A stretch of 64,000 bases of DNA from Bacteroidaceae bacterium (GTDB lineage Bacteria > Bacteroidota > Bacteroidia > Bacteroidales > Bacteroidaceae): NCBI GenBank assembly GCA_017546785.1, contig JAFYRW010000031.1, forward strand, positions 3,151 to 67,150. Direction: 5' to 3'. Under the pieces are notes generated by a model, which saw only the letters and a list, made by a program, of their open reading frames with translations, ran no database searches and was not told the DNA's origin. The stretch's first letter is position 1. Each line of letters opens with the position of its first letter. Below, in pieces: positions 45,857 to 55,825 of this stretch. The position numbers were made by a program, and so were the translations under genes.

Positions 45857-45907
45857 CATACTGCCGATAAATGCTCTATATTTGCATTGACCTAAATAAT
45901 ATATTGT

Positions 45908-47188
45908 ATGGCACGACCATTGGCTGAACGTCTGCGTCCCAACGATTTTGACGGATTTGTAGGACAGCAACATCTTGTTGGCGAGGGAGCGGTTCTCCGT
46001 CGAATGATATATTCGGGGAGAATTCTTTCGTTTATATTGTGGGGCCCTCCCGGAACGGGAAAAACCACGATAGCAAAGATTATTGCCAATAGACTGAACC
46101 GTCCTTTTTATACTCTCAATGCAGTATCATCGGGAGTAAAAGAGGTACGCGAGGTTATTGATAAGGCAAAATCATCGCCACTATTCTCCAATGGAGGCGC
46201 TATACTCTTTATCGACGAGATTCATCGTTTCAATAAATCGCAGCAGGACTCTCTGCTCAGTGCGGTAGAGACGGGCATCGTTACTCTTATAGGCGCAACC
46301 ACCGAGAATCCCTCTTTCGAGGTCATTCGTCCTTTGCTGTCGCGTTGCCAATTATATGTGCTTAAGTCTCTCGAAAAGGAGGACCTTCTTGCGCTTCTGC
46401 ATCAGGCGGTAGAAAAGGATGATGCTCTTAAGAGCCGTGGCGTTGAACTGCGCGAATGCGATGCGCTGTTGCGTTACAGTGGCGGCGATGCCCGTAAATT
46501 GCTTAATATTCTGGAGCTTGTCGTTGAAGCCGATTCTGAATCGCCGGTCGTTGTTACCGACGAAAAGGTGGTTAATCGTCTGCAGCAGAATCCTGCCGCC
46601 TACGACAAGGATGGTGAAATGCACTACGATATTATCTCGGCATTCATAAAGTCTATCCGTGGCAGCGACCCCGATGCAGCCCTTTATTGGCTTGCCCGTA
46701 TGATAGAGGGCGGTGAGGACCCTGCGTTCATTGCCCGCCGCCTGATTATCTCGGCATCCGAAGATATTGGCCTTGCCAATCCTAATGCCCTGCTGCTCGC
46801 CAACGCTGCATTCGAGGCTGTGATGAAGATAGGCTGGCCCGAAGGCCGTATACCGTTGGCGCAGGCTACCGTTTATCTGGCAACCTCCCCCAAAAGCAAT
46901 TCGGCTTATATGGGAATAAACAGCGCTCTTGAGACTGTCCGCGCTACGGGTAATCTTCCGGTGCCGTTGCATCTGCGCAATGCTCCCACCAAGCTTATGA
47001 AAGAGCTCGGATACTCAGACGGCTACAAATATTCACACGATTATCAGGGACATTTTGTGCGTCAGCAGTTCCTGCCCGACGATGGCCGTGATTTCTCCTT
47101 CTGGGTACCGCAGGAGAATGCCGCTGAACTTAAGATAAAATCGTGGATGCACGAATGTTGGGGCGATGAGAGGAAATTCTCAAAGTAG
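45908..47188 (+). CDS. rarA: replication-associated recombination protein A (AAA+ ATPase)
   Basis: The blocks LWGPPGTGKTT, Walker B IDEIHRFNK and a MgsA C-terminal domain are present. Confidence 0.92.
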   Translation: MARPLAERLRPNDFDGFVGQQHLVGEGAVLRRMIYSGRILSFILWGPPGTGKTTIAKIIANRLNRPFYTLNAVSSGVKEVREVIDKAKSSPLFSNGGAILFIDEIHRFNKSQQDSLLSAVETGIVTLIGATTENPSFEVIRPLLSRCQLYVLKSLEKEDLLALLHQAVEKDDALKSRGVELRECDALLRYSGGDARKLLNILELVVEADSESPVVVTDEKVVNRLQQNPAAYDKDGEMHYDIISAFIKSIRGSDPDAALYWLARMIEGGEDPAFIARRLIISASEDIGLANPNALLLANAAFEAVMKIGWPEGRIPLAQATVYLATSPKSNSAYMGINSALETVRATGNLPVPLHLRNAPTKLMKELGYSDGYKYSHDYQGHFVRQQFLPDDGRDFSFWVPQENAAELKIKSWMHECWGDERKFSK

Positions 47189-47194
47189 TAAAAC

Positions 47195-47222
47195 AAAAAA
47201 GAGAGCCACGGCTCTCTTTTTT
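47195..47222. terminator. bidirectional rho-independent terminator
   Basis: The stem is aaaaaagagagc-cacg-gctctctttttt. Confidence 0.75.
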
Positions 47223-47234
47223 GTTTTCTGTCTG

Positions 47235-48188
47235 TTAAAGACTCTCTAGGATTCTTTTTAGTACCACCGTTGCCGAAATTTCGCGGTTGGCTGCCTCGGG
47301 TATTACAAGCGAGCGGGGGCTCTCGATAACCTCGTCGGTAACAATCATATTGCGACGTACGGGCAGACAGTGCATAAAATAGGCATTATCGGTTACTGCC
47401 ATCTGACGGCTGCTTACTGTCCAATCGCGGTCGGTAGACAGAACCTTACCGTAATTCTCGTCGCTGTATGCCGACCAGTTTTTTGCATAGATAAAGTCGG
47501 CGCCCTCAAAGGCCTTCATCTGGTCGTACTCTACCTTTGCGTTGCCTACAAATTCGGGAGCAAGCTCATAGCCTTTGGGGTGAGTGATGACAAACTCATA
47601 GTCTGTGGCATTCATCCACTCGGCAAAAGAGTTAGGTACAGCCTGAGGCAATGCTTTGGGGTGGGGTGCCCACGTTAGAACAACTTTAGGACGCTCCTTC
47701 TGCTTGTGTTCCTCAATTGTTATAAGGTCGGCGAAACTCTGTAGAGGGTGGCGTGTGGCAGCCTCCATAGAAAATACCGGACGTCCCGAATATTTTATGA
47801 ATTGGTTGAGTATAATCTCGTTGTAATCATCGGCCTTATTCTCGAAACGGGCAAACGAACGCACTCCAATAACATCGCAGTAGCTGCCAATTACAGGAAT
47901 TGCCTCCAATAGATGCTCGGGCTTGTCGCCATCCATAATGACTCCTCGCTCGGTCTCCAATTTCCACGCTCCCTGGTTAATGTCAAGCACAATGACATTC
48001 ATTCCTAAGTTGAGCGCAGCCTTCTGTGTGCTCAGACGTGTTCTTAGGCTCGAATTAAAGAATATCATCATCAGAGTCTTGTTCTTTCCTAATTCACAAT
48101 ATTTGTAGCGGTCGGCCTTTATCTCAAGAGCTTCTTTTACGGCCTCTTTAAGGTCGCCAATCTCTTTTACCGATGTAAAATGTCTCAT
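47235..48188 (-). CDS. argF': N-succinyl/N-acetyl-L-ornithine carbamoyltransferase (ArgF'-type)
   Basis: The ORF is 317 aa from the MRHFTSV start. It has SLRTRLSTQKAALNLGM and a long block matching my recollection of the Bacteroides fragilis ArgF' family (INQGAWKLETERGVIMDGDKPEHLLEAIPV). I prefer the start at 48188. Confidence 0.88.
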   Translation of the reverse strand: MRHFTSVKEIGDLKEAVKEALEIKADRYKYCELGKNKTLMMIFFNSSLRTRLSTQKAALNLGMNVIVLDINQGAWKLETERGVIMDGDKPEHLLEAIPVIGSYCDVIGVRSFARFENKADDYNEIILNQFIKYSGRPVFSMEAATRHPLQSFADLITIEEHKQKERPKVVLTWAPHPKALPQAVPNSFAEWMNATDYEFVITHPKGYELAPEFVGNAKVEYDQMKAFEGADFIYAKNWSAYSDENYGKVLSTDRDWTVSSRQMAVTDNAYFMHCLPVRRNMIVTDEVIESPRSLVIPEAANREISATVVLKRILESL

Positions 48189-48205
48189 ATTATTATTTTT
48201 TTGAA

Positions 48206-51200
48206 TTATTCTTGCTGAGTGTTCTCCTTTTTCTCTTTTAGCCATGGGAACCATTTGTTAAAGTCGTGGCGCAGCATTATACCGGCACCCTGTGTCGTCA
48301 ATGTCGTTTTTGAGAAATAACGGTCGTTGGTCTTGTTATATGCCTTTAGACTTATATTGCCATTCTTGTTCAATAGCCACTCTACCTCAAAATCACCAAT
48401 AAAGTTCTTGTTGTCGATAGGGTTGTTGCGGTAACCGAAATTACCGTTCACAAGCAGTCTGTTGTCGAGCAATCTTCCCGATAGCATACCCTCAACCTCC
48501 ATACTGTTCCATCCTCGTTCGCTTGTAGAGAAATTGCTCGAAAGGTTCCAATTGTCGTTGTTTGTAATGTGCGAGAGCATATTGTTCAGCTGCCCCGATA
48601 TTGTGCTCGAGAAGAGCGATTCTACAGCAGTGGTTGTTTGTCCCTGATTGTTAAAGTCGTAGGTGTAGAATTTGCCAATACCGAGCAGATAGATGAACTG
48701 CATCGTTGTCTGCTCCTGTGTGCTTGTGGCATTGGCGAGCATCTCTTTCTCCTCCTCGTTTGCATCGGGTAGCTCGAGACTGAACGCAAGGTTCGGGGCT
48801 GCTAATGTTCCTGTAATATCCATAAGACAATTAACCTTTACACTTTTGCGTCTCTCGGCGGTCAGTGAAAGGTCGGTCAATGATACCGACGGAACAGTGT
48901 ACAGTGCTTTCAGATTAAGGTTGGCATAGTAAGGGTCGCCATTGAAGATGAGCGTGCTTCCCGACTGTATGCTGAACTCTTTGGGGAATATATCCTGGAA
49001 TGTGAATTTATATGTTCCTCGGGCAAGGTCAAGATTACCTTGCATACTGAAGCCCTCTCTGTCGTCGTATATGGCATTTATGGCTCCCGAACCGTAAATG
49101 TCCAAATAGTCGTCGGTAACAGTGTTTGTGTATACTCGCACCAGAGCCTCGGGGGATACATCAATCATAAAGTCGAGCCTGAGGTCACTTTTCAATTTGT
49201 TCTTTATGACGATGGTCTCATCCTCGCCGCTTTTAGACTTTTTGTCCTTAATCTTGTTGCGGTCTACGAATGTTACGAAATTATTCTCTTTGGCTCCTTC
49301 GGGTCCCGATGTGTTGTATACAATCTTGGAGCCTTTGTTTGTTCTGACATTCGTGCTCAGAGAGATTCCGTCGGGGGCAACATTCAGCGATGCGTCTCCT
49401 GTGACGAATGCTGTGCCGTAGAATGGCAATGTGCTGAAATCTGACGAGTAGTAGGCCAAAAGATTGTCGGCCAATATGTCGAATTTACAGCTCCATTCCT
49501 TGAGTCTTCTGTGGTACACTCCACCGTTCAGAATACCCGAATTGCCGTATATATCCTTGACTTTGAAATTGTCGAACTTAATCTTGTTGTAATCGAAACG
49601 TATGGTGTCTCCGGCAACATTGTATGCGGTGTTTATCTGCTTTATGCGCAGGCGTCCTGTTGGCGCAAGTGCTCCGTAGAGATTTATGTTCTTAAGAGAG
49701 CCGCGAATGTAAAGGTTACCGTTGGCCACGGCATCAACGTCCGACATTATGCTGCTCAGCATATGGTTCAGGAATTCTATTCGGGTATTTTGTGCTCTTA
49801 ATCCTAAATTGATGGTGTCGTTGGCTGGTGAGACAAAGCCTCGCAACAGTGTCGTTGCGTGTGTTCCGTCTATAATATTGGCGTCGAGTATTACGGCCTT
49901 TGTATCCTCGTCCCAGCGTCCTTCGAAAATCATCTCACCCATATAGCCATTCTCGAATTTGAAATTGTCTACGTGCAGACGAGTATTCAGCTTGGGAGTC
50001 TTAAGTATGCGCGATACATTCACATTACCTGTTGCAATGCCGTCAAGCGCCACCGGACGGAAATTTGCAATCTCCATCAATTTGCCAATGTCAATATGTG
50101 AAAGATTGACCTTGAGGCTATCCTCCTCTTGGTCGCCTATTGTTCCATTCACGCTCAAGCGCTTGTCCTTGTTGTGTATGGCAAGGTTGTTTATATGGAA
50201 TTTTCCTGCGTTGCTGTATATGTTGCTCTCGGATATTGACCACAATTCTCCGTCGTTGGTTATTATTCCTGGGAGAAGATGGATAGAGACTTCTATGCTG
50301 TCGTTGTTGTTCGCTATTCCAATATTGATGTTAAGGTCTCCCTTGTTCTTGATAGGACCGTCACTGACCCATTCGATAAAGTTCTTTATGGAGTCGTCGC
50401 GAATTATTGAATTGCTGCTTATGCTTATCTCGTCGCGAATTATCTCGTTGCGGCTTATCTTCTTCTTGATAGGTAATATAAAATTGCTTTTGCAAACAAT
50501 TTTCTCTTGGTCTCCTTTACCCGATATCTTTATGTTCTTGTATTTGCTGCCTGCAATGTCGGTGTCGTGTAGATTGGCTGTAATCTCAAAATGGTTGAAG
50601 CTGTCGTCGCAGTTCCCCTCGACATACGATTCCTTGTTTATTCTTATCGGCAACTTTATAAAATGGTTAATGATGCTGCTGTTGTTTATCTCGTAGCGGA
50701 ATACATATTTGTTCTGTATATTGTTGCGGTGCCTATTCGATGATAGCGCCGGCAGTGTCTGATTGACCATTCTGTGTATGCTGTTCGCCAACGATGAGTA
50801 GTTGAAGAATCCCAACAGATAGCCCTGCATAATGTCGGAATCAAGATAGAGACTGTGACGATCACCCATTGTGTTTCCGCGCAGATGCAGATAGTGCATA
50901 ATGAGGCTGTCGTCGGGGGTGGTGACGCAAAAATCGTAAATGTCGCTGTTAATTATGGACTCCTCGATGCTTTTGCCGCTGAATTCAGTCTGTATGTTGA
51001 ACGATATATTCTCTCCTTTATATTTCTCACTCAGATTAAGCTCGTGTAGATGCAACGAGTCTATCTGCGCCTTTAGCTTAATGTTGGGAATGCCCTCGCG
51101 CAGCTCGTATGTGGCTTTTGCCTCTAATGCAATGTTGCTGTCGCTGCTTGTCAGTGTAGCCGTTGCCTTGTTGTTCTCAAAATCTCCAGCAATGGCAATG

Positions 51201-52627
51201 TTCTCGTAGTCGTATTCCTTGAATGTGAGTGATTTTATACTTGTGAGATACTTTCCGCTGAATTTCTCGCGATTGTGGAACTTACCGTCGGCTACGGCGC
51301 CGATATTGCAGAGACCAAAATTGTTGTTGCCTGTAATTCTTTTAAGATTTATTCTGCGACCTTGCAATCTTGCTACGAAACGCTGTTTCTCGTCTAATGT
51401 CAGTTTGGCATTTACTGTTCCGCTGCCTGTGTTAATCTGGCTTGAAAAGAAGATGTTATTGGTGCCATTCTCTACCTTTCCAACCAATTCTATGGCACCC
51501 AATTTCTGATGAGGCTTGAACTGCTCAATGCTTTGCGGCAATATGGGGTAGAGGCTCTTGAATCCCTCTTCCTTTATTTTGAGCGCAGGAATATCTAAAG
51601 AGAACAGAGGCTTTCCCTCTCTCTTCTCCACTCTTCCTGCTGCCGACAGATGAATGTTCTCTCCTGCAGTCGCAATTTCAATGCTCTTGATATTGGCGCT
51701 ATTTGCTGTTCCGTTGAATTCAGCCTTAATGTCGGCACTCGGAATCTTTGCGAGTATAGGCAACAGAGCCTGAATGTCAGCAGGGGATAGCGGACGGCAA
51801 ATTATTTTGCCGCGATAGTCTATATTCTGAATCTTTTTCCCTTCTTCGTTCCAATGCAATGCAACGGCTATGCTGTCCGATGTTATTCTGCTCTTGGGCA
51901 ACGACAGACGGAAACGCTCCAAGCGGCAAACTTTCTTCGATGCGTTGAGATTGGCTCTCAGGCTATTTATCTGAAGGCCCGACGACTCTTTTGCCGAAAT
52001 GTTTCTTATGTAAAGGCTCAGAGTGTCGCTGTCCAGCTTCTTGAGTGAAATGTTTGTGCTGATGTCGTATACGGCAATGTGCCCGGGGTCGAAACTTTTG
52101 CTGCTGGGCTCCTTTGAACGAATGTCGTATGTTACTTTTCCGTCGTATATCTGCAACTGGTTGATTCTTGTTTCGGGAATTATGCTCTCGGTAGTATCGT
52201 TGCTGGCAAAAAGGTCTAGGATGAATTGCAGATTGGTGCAACTGTCGGGACTCTCTCTGTATATCCTAATGTCGGGCTTTGCGAGAGTGATTGTGTTTAC
52301 TCTAATCTGTTCGCGTAGTAAACGCTGTGGAGAAACGTGCAACGTCAGCTTCTTGACACAAGCCATAGTGTCTCCCTGCTGGTCGTTGAGCAGAATGTCG
52401 TTAATCTCTATCTTGTTAAGATGCCTTACGCGTACCGAACCAATCTCCAAAGGCAGCTTGCCGTAATTGCGTATGCCCTCCGATACGCGCTCTGCAACAT
52501 ATTGTTGTATGGCGTCGATTCTCAGGAGCAACGACGATGTGTACATTGCGAGTATGAGAAATACAATAGCGGTCAGTATGTATTTAAACTTTCTTATAGC
52601 TCGGGTCCTCTTTTTGCGACATTGCAC
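48206..52627 (-). CDS. TamB-like translocation and assembly module protein
   Basis: The ORF is 1473 aa with one N-terminal TM anchor. The body is long and beta-rich, and a DUF490-like C-terminus is present (NGNFGYRNN...GDFEVEWLL). Confidence 0.78.
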   Translation of the reverse strand: MQCRKKRTRAIRKFKYILTAIVFLILAMYTSSLLLRIDAIQQYVAERVSEGIRNYGKLPLEIGSVRVRHLNKIEINDILLNDQQGDTMACVKKLTLHVSPQRLLREQIRVNTITLAKPDIRIYRESPDSCTNLQFILDLFASNDTTESIIPETRINQLQIYDGKVTYDIRSKEPSSKSFDPGHIAVYDISTNISLKKLDSDTLSLYIRNISAKESSGLQINSLRANLNASKKVCRLERFRLSLPKSRITSDSIAVALHWNEEGKKIQNIDYRGKIICRPLSPADIQALLPILAKIPSADIKAEFNGTANSANIKSIEIATAGENIHLSAAGRVEKREGKPLFSLDIPALKIKEEGFKSLYPILPQSIEQFKPHQKLGAIELVGKVENGTNNIFFSSQINTGSGTVNAKLTLDEKQRFVARLQGRRINLKRITGNNNFGLCNIGAVADGKFHNREKFSGKYLTSIKSLTFKEYDYENIAIAGDFENNKATATLTSSDSNIALEAKATYELREGIPNIKLKAQIDSLHLHELNLSEKYKGENISFNIQTEFSGKSIEESIINSDIYDFCVTTPDDSLIMHYLHLRGNTMGDRHSLYLDSDIMQGYLLGFFNYSSLANSIHRMVNQTLPALSSNRHRNNIQNKYVFRYEINNSSIINHFIKLPIRINKESYVEGNCDDSFNHFEITANLHDTDIAGSKYKNIKISGKGDQEKIVCKSNFILPIKKKISRNEIIRDEISISSNSIIRDDSIKNFIEWVSDGPIKNKGDLNINIGIANNNDSIEVSIHLLPGIITNDGELWSISESNIYSNAGKFHINNLAIHNKDKRLSVNGTIGDQEEDSLKVNLSHIDIGKLMEIANFRPVALDGIATGNVNVSRILKTPKLNTRLHVDNFKFENGYMGEMIFEGRWDEDTKAVILDANIIDGTHATTLLRGFVSPANDTINLGLRAQNTRIEFLNHMLSSIMSDVDAVANGNLYIRGSLKNINLYGALAPTGRLRIKQINTAYNVAGDTIRFDYNKIKFDNFKVKDIYGNSGILNGGVYHRRLKEWSCKFDILADNLLAYYSSDFSTLPFYGTAFVTGDASLNVAPDGISLSTNVRTNKGSKIVYNTSGPEGAKENNFVTFVDRNKIKDKKSKSGEDETIVIKNKLKSDLRLDFMIDVSPEALVRVYTNTVTDDYLDIYGSGAINAIYDDREGFSMQGNLDLARGTYKFTFQDIFPKEFSIQSGSTLIFNGDPYYANLNLKALYTVPSVSLTDLSLTAERRKSVKVNCLMDITGTLAAPNLAFSLELPDANEEEKEMLANATSTQEQTTMQFIYLLGIGKFYTYDFNNQGQTTTAVESLFSSTISGQLNNMLSHITNNDNWNLSSNFSTSERGWNSMEVEGMLSGRLLDNRLLVNGNFGYRNNPIDNKNFIGDFEVEWLLNKNGNISLKAYNKTNDRYFSKTTLTTQGAGIMLRHDFNKWFPWLKEKKENTQQE

Positions 52628-52852
52628 CGCGAAGGTAATGATTTTTTATTTTTCCATAAATATTATTTCATTATAAATATACTCTTTATTGTGCAAAAAA
52701 AATAGCGCTGTACAATTTGCGGCTTTCCTCTTTTTGTTTCTCTCTCTACTTTTTTATCTGTAGTCTGTCAAAATTGCAGTCACTAGAGTCTAATTTTCTA
52801 TTATAATTGTAAGATTTTTATAAATAGAGAGCATATTCTAAATATTTATCGG

Positions 52853-52860
52853 TAATTTTG
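52853..52860 (+). promoter_or_regulatory. -7 box TAATTTTG (sigma54 activator gene)
   Basis: This matches TAnnTTTG 17 nt upstream of 52877. Confidence 0.35.
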
Positions 52861-52876
52861 TCAGCAAATATAGACT

Positions 52877-54109
52877 ATGGAAATTTCAGAGATACAAAGG
52901 GTGAAACAGCAGTTCGGAATTATTGGAAACGATGCTGCTTTGATGCGTGCCATCGATACTGCTATTCAGGTGGCGCACACCGACCTTACCGTTCTTATCA
53001 CAGGAGAGAGCGGAGTAGGTAAGGAGTTCTTTCCTCAAATAATTCATACGAACAGCGTACGTAAGCATAACAAATATTTTGCAGTAAACTGCGGAGCAAT
53101 CCCTGAGGGTACTATTGACTCGGAACTTTTTGGACACGTCAAAGGCGCCTTTACCGATGCTGTCAGCGAGCGTAAGGGTTACTTTAGCGAGGCCGATGGT
53201 GGTACAATCTTTCTCGATGAGGTAGGAGAGCTTCCTCTTCCTACTCAGGCGCGTCTGTTGCGTGTGCTCGAGAATGGCGAGTTTATCCGCGTGGGTTCGT
53301 CAAAGGTCGAAAAGACCAATGTGCGCATAGTCTGTGCAACAAATGTCAATCTGCCCGAGGCTATCAGCGAGGGACGCTTCCGCGAGGATCTTTACTACCG
53401 TCTGAACACAGTGCCCATAAATGTTCCTCCTTTGCGCAAGCGAGGCGAGGATGTTGTGCTACTGTTCAAGAAGTTTGTTATGGATTTTTCGGCAAAATAC
53501 AATATCCCTAAAGTACAGCTCGACGAGAATGCCCGTCAGGCGATACTCGACTATTCGTGGCCGGGTAATATCAGACAGCTCAAGAATGTAGCGGAGCAAA
53601 TATCTATTCTGGAACTTAACCGCGAGGTTACTGCCGACACTATACGACGCTATCTTCCCGAACAGCCCAAAATGAATCTGCCGGCTCTCTTCGGCAAGCA
53701 AGGCGGCAGCGGAAAGACTTTCGAGAGTGAGCGCGAGATTCTCTACAGTGTGCTCTTTGATATGCGCCGCGATATTACAGAGCTTCGCAGTCAGGTTCAG
53801 ACGCTTATGTCTGGACATTCACACTCGCACCCAAGCGAAAATATCCCTCTTTATGAGGCTCAGGAATATTCCGATGCGGTTCATCCTGTAAAGCAGACTC
53901 TACATATATCGTCGCCGATGTCCGAGGTGGTTCGTAGCGTCGAGGATAGCGAGTATGTCGAGGAGGCAATGTCGCTCGAGGATATGGAGCGTAGAGCAAT
54001 CATTCAGGCACTGGAACGCCATCGTGGCAAGCGTCGCGATGCGGCCAAAGAACTCGAAATTTCCGAAAGAACACTTTATCGAAAAATAAAAGAGTATGGT
54101 ATTGAATAA
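52877..54109 (+). CDS. sigma54-dependent transcriptional activator (AAA+ plus Fis-type HTH, no N-terminal sensor domain)
   Basis: The motifs are GESGVGKE Walker A, DSELFGHVKGAFTDA (a GAFTGA-loop variant), LDEVGEL Walker B, and a C-terminal HTH (AAKELEISERTLYRKIKEYGI). Confidence 0.87.
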   Translation: MEISEIQRVKQQFGIIGNDAALMRAIDTAIQVAHTDLTVLITGESGVGKEFFPQIIHTNSVRKHNKYFAVNCGAIPEGTIDSELFGHVKGAFTDAVSERKGYFSEADGGTIFLDEVGELPLPTQARLLRVLENGEFIRVGSSKVEKTNVRIVCATNVNLPEAISEGRFREDLYYRLNTVPINVPPLRKRGEDVVLLFKKFVMDFSAKYNIPKVQLDENARQAILDYSWPGNIRQLKNVAEQISILELNREVTADTIRRYLPEQPKMNLPALFGKQGGSGKTFESEREILYSVLFDMRRDITELRSQVQTLMSGHSHSHPSENIPLYEAQEYSDAVHPVKQTLHISSPMSEVVRSVEDSEYVEEAMSLEDMERRAIIQALERHRGKRRDAAKELEISERTLYRKIKEYGIE

Positions 54110-54626
54110 GATAAAAAGAGCGCTTCGCCTCTCAATCGTTCCTGTCATTGCAGTAATGCTGTTGGTGGGCTGTAAAATAAGTTACAAACTCACTGGAGCC
54201 TCTATCGACTACTCTATCGTAAAGACAATTACTCTGGAGACATTCCAGAATAGAGCACCCTATCAGTGGGGACCGATGGCGACTATGCTTAACGAGACAT
54301 TGAGCGACGTGTTTATTCAGCAGACAAAATTGCAGCAGGTATCCCGTGGCGGCGATCTTCAGCTGGCGGGAGAGATTACTGCGTACGACCAGTTCAATAA
54401 GTCAATTTCGGCCGACGGCTATTCGGCAATGGTTCAGCTGAAGATGACAGTGAATGTGCGCTTTACAAACAACAAGAATCACAACGAGGACTTTGAACGT
54501 TCATTCTCTGCCACTCGAGATTTTGATGCAAGCCAATCGCTCGAATCGGTACAGGAAGACCTTGTGAATCAGATGATAAAGGAGATTGTAGAATCTATAT
54601 TCAACGCTGCGGTAGCTAATTGGTAA
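54096..54626 (+). CDS. LptE-like lipoprotein
   Basis: The ORF is 176 aa with lipobox LLVGC. Its size and context (after the sigma54 activator, before secG) match what I recall as a conserved Bacteroidota cluster. It overlaps the upstream gene by 14 nt. Confidence 0.5.
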   Translation: MVLNKIKRALRLSIVPVIAVMLLVGCKISYKLTGASIDYSIVKTITLETFQNRAPYQWGPMATMLNETLSDVFIQQTKLQQVSRGGDLQLAGEITAYDQFNKSISADGYSAMVQLKMTVNVRFTNNKNHNEDFERSFSATRDFDASQSLESVQEDLVNQMIKEIVESIFNAAVANW

Positions 54627-54629
54627 AGA

Positions 54630-55355
54630 ATGGAATCTCTTGCGCATTACATATTACACCCCGAACAGCTCAATAGAGAGACTCTTTATGAGCTGCGTTT
54701 GCTTGTGGCAAAATATCCCTATTTCGACGCCGCACGTCTGCTGATGCTCAAGAATCTCTATCTTTTGCACGATATTGAATTTGGCCGGGAGATGCGCAGG
54801 GCTGCGCTCTATCTAAAGAATCGCAGGGTGCTGTTCGATATTATGGAGGGCTATGGAGCAGAGCCTCTTCGCGATATTCCAAAGGATGAGGGGCTTACTG
54901 TCGATAGGACAATGAGTCTTATCGATGCTTTCCTCGAGACGTTGCCCGAAGAAAAACTCTCTTTGGAGGCAGAGGGAGCTGCTGCTGTCGATTATATGTC
55001 GGCCTATGTAAAGGAGAACCGCAATGATGGCGTTGAGCAGGAAGCTGTCCCCGAATTAAGAGGTCAGAGCCTTATCGATGAATTCCTCTCGGGAGGCAAC
55101 GAAAAGATTGTCCTGCAATTGGAACCCGAGGAACCGTCAGCTTCGTCAGTAGCGCCAGGCGAAGAGGAAGAGCCTGCTTCGGAAGATGCATTTTTTACCG
55201 AAACGCTTGCTAATATTTACATTAAGCAGAAAAAATATGAGAAGGCGCTCGAAATTATTAAACGATTATGTTTGGAATATCCGAATAAAAACCGTTACTT
55301 TGCAGACCAAATAAGATTTTTGGAAAAATTGGTGAAATATTCCAAAAGAAATTAG
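54630..55355 (+). CDS. hypothetical protein with an acidic linker and a C-terminal TPR-like motif
   Basis: The ORF is 241 aa. The C-terminus reads FFTETLANIYIKQKKYEKALEIIKRL. Confidence 0.55.
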   Translation: MESLAHYILHPEQLNRETLYELRLLVAKYPYFDAARLLMLKNLYLLHDIEFGREMRRAALYLKNRRVLFDIMEGYGAEPLRDIPKDEGLTVDRTMSLIDAFLETLPEEKLSLEAEGAAAVDYMSAYVKENRNDGVEQEAVPELRGQSLIDEFLSGGNEKIVLQLEPEEPSASSVAPGEEEEPASEDAFFTETLANIYIKQKKYEKALEIIKRLCLEYPNKNRYFADQIRFLEKLVKYSKRN

Positions 55356-55416
55356 TCCAAAGGTCTTACCCTATTAAGAAATAAACTAAATTCTATAATT
55401 TAAAAAATAAAGAAAG

Positions 55417-55761
55417 ATGTATTTGCTTTGCGTTATCTTGATTGTATTAGCAGCGGTGCTAATGTGCTTTATAGTGTTAATTCAGAACTCTAAAGGTGGA
55501 GGTCTTGCTTCGGGATTCGCTTCTTCGAATCAGATTATGGGTGTTAGAAAGACTACCGACTTCTTGGAGAAAGCTACAATTACTTTGGCTATAGTAATAG
55601 TTGTATTCAGCATAGTAGCATCATTTGCTATCCCTGAGGTTGTAGAGGTTGAGAGCAGCCGCATTCAGCAGAATGCTGTTGAGAACAATCTCGTAAACCC
55701 CAACCTTACTCCTGATTTCTCACAGGAACTTGAGGCTCCTGTAGCTCCTGTTGCTGAATAA
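55417..55761 (+). CDS. secG: preprotein translocase subunit SecG
   Basis: The ORF is 114 aa with two TM helices and the NSKGGGLASGF motif. Confidence 0.85.
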   Translation: MYLLCVILIVLAAVLMCFIVLIQNSKGGGLASGFASSNQIMGVRKTTDFLEKATITLAIVIVVFSIVASFAIPEVVEVESSRIQQNAVENNLVNPNLTPDFSQELEAPVAPVAE

Positions 55762-55779
55762 TATTTAGTACCGGAATAT

Positions 55780-55815
55780 AAAAATAGGCTGCGTCATTGA
55801 CGCAGCCTATTTTTT
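55780..55815. terminator. bidirectional rho-independent terminator
   Basis: The stem is aaaaataggctgcgtca/tgacgcagcctattttt. Confidence 0.75.
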
Positions 55816-55825
55816 ATGTCGCTTA

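Noticed and set aside
48189-48254. Longer N-terminal extensions for argF' (to 48254), the GT2 gene (to 40344), pyrH (GTG 16933), yraN (14983), pssA (13162) and the VTC gene (22371).
   Set aside because: The extensions overlap upstream genes or contain the TAnnTTTG promoter box. They also add non-conserved-looking residues ahead of the canonical family N-termini.
49959-50696. A 245-aa plus-strand ORF, plus several other plus-strand ORFs across 48462-52705.
   Set aside because: All are antisense within the 1473-aa TamB-like gene. They are hydrophobic low-complexity shadow ORFs.
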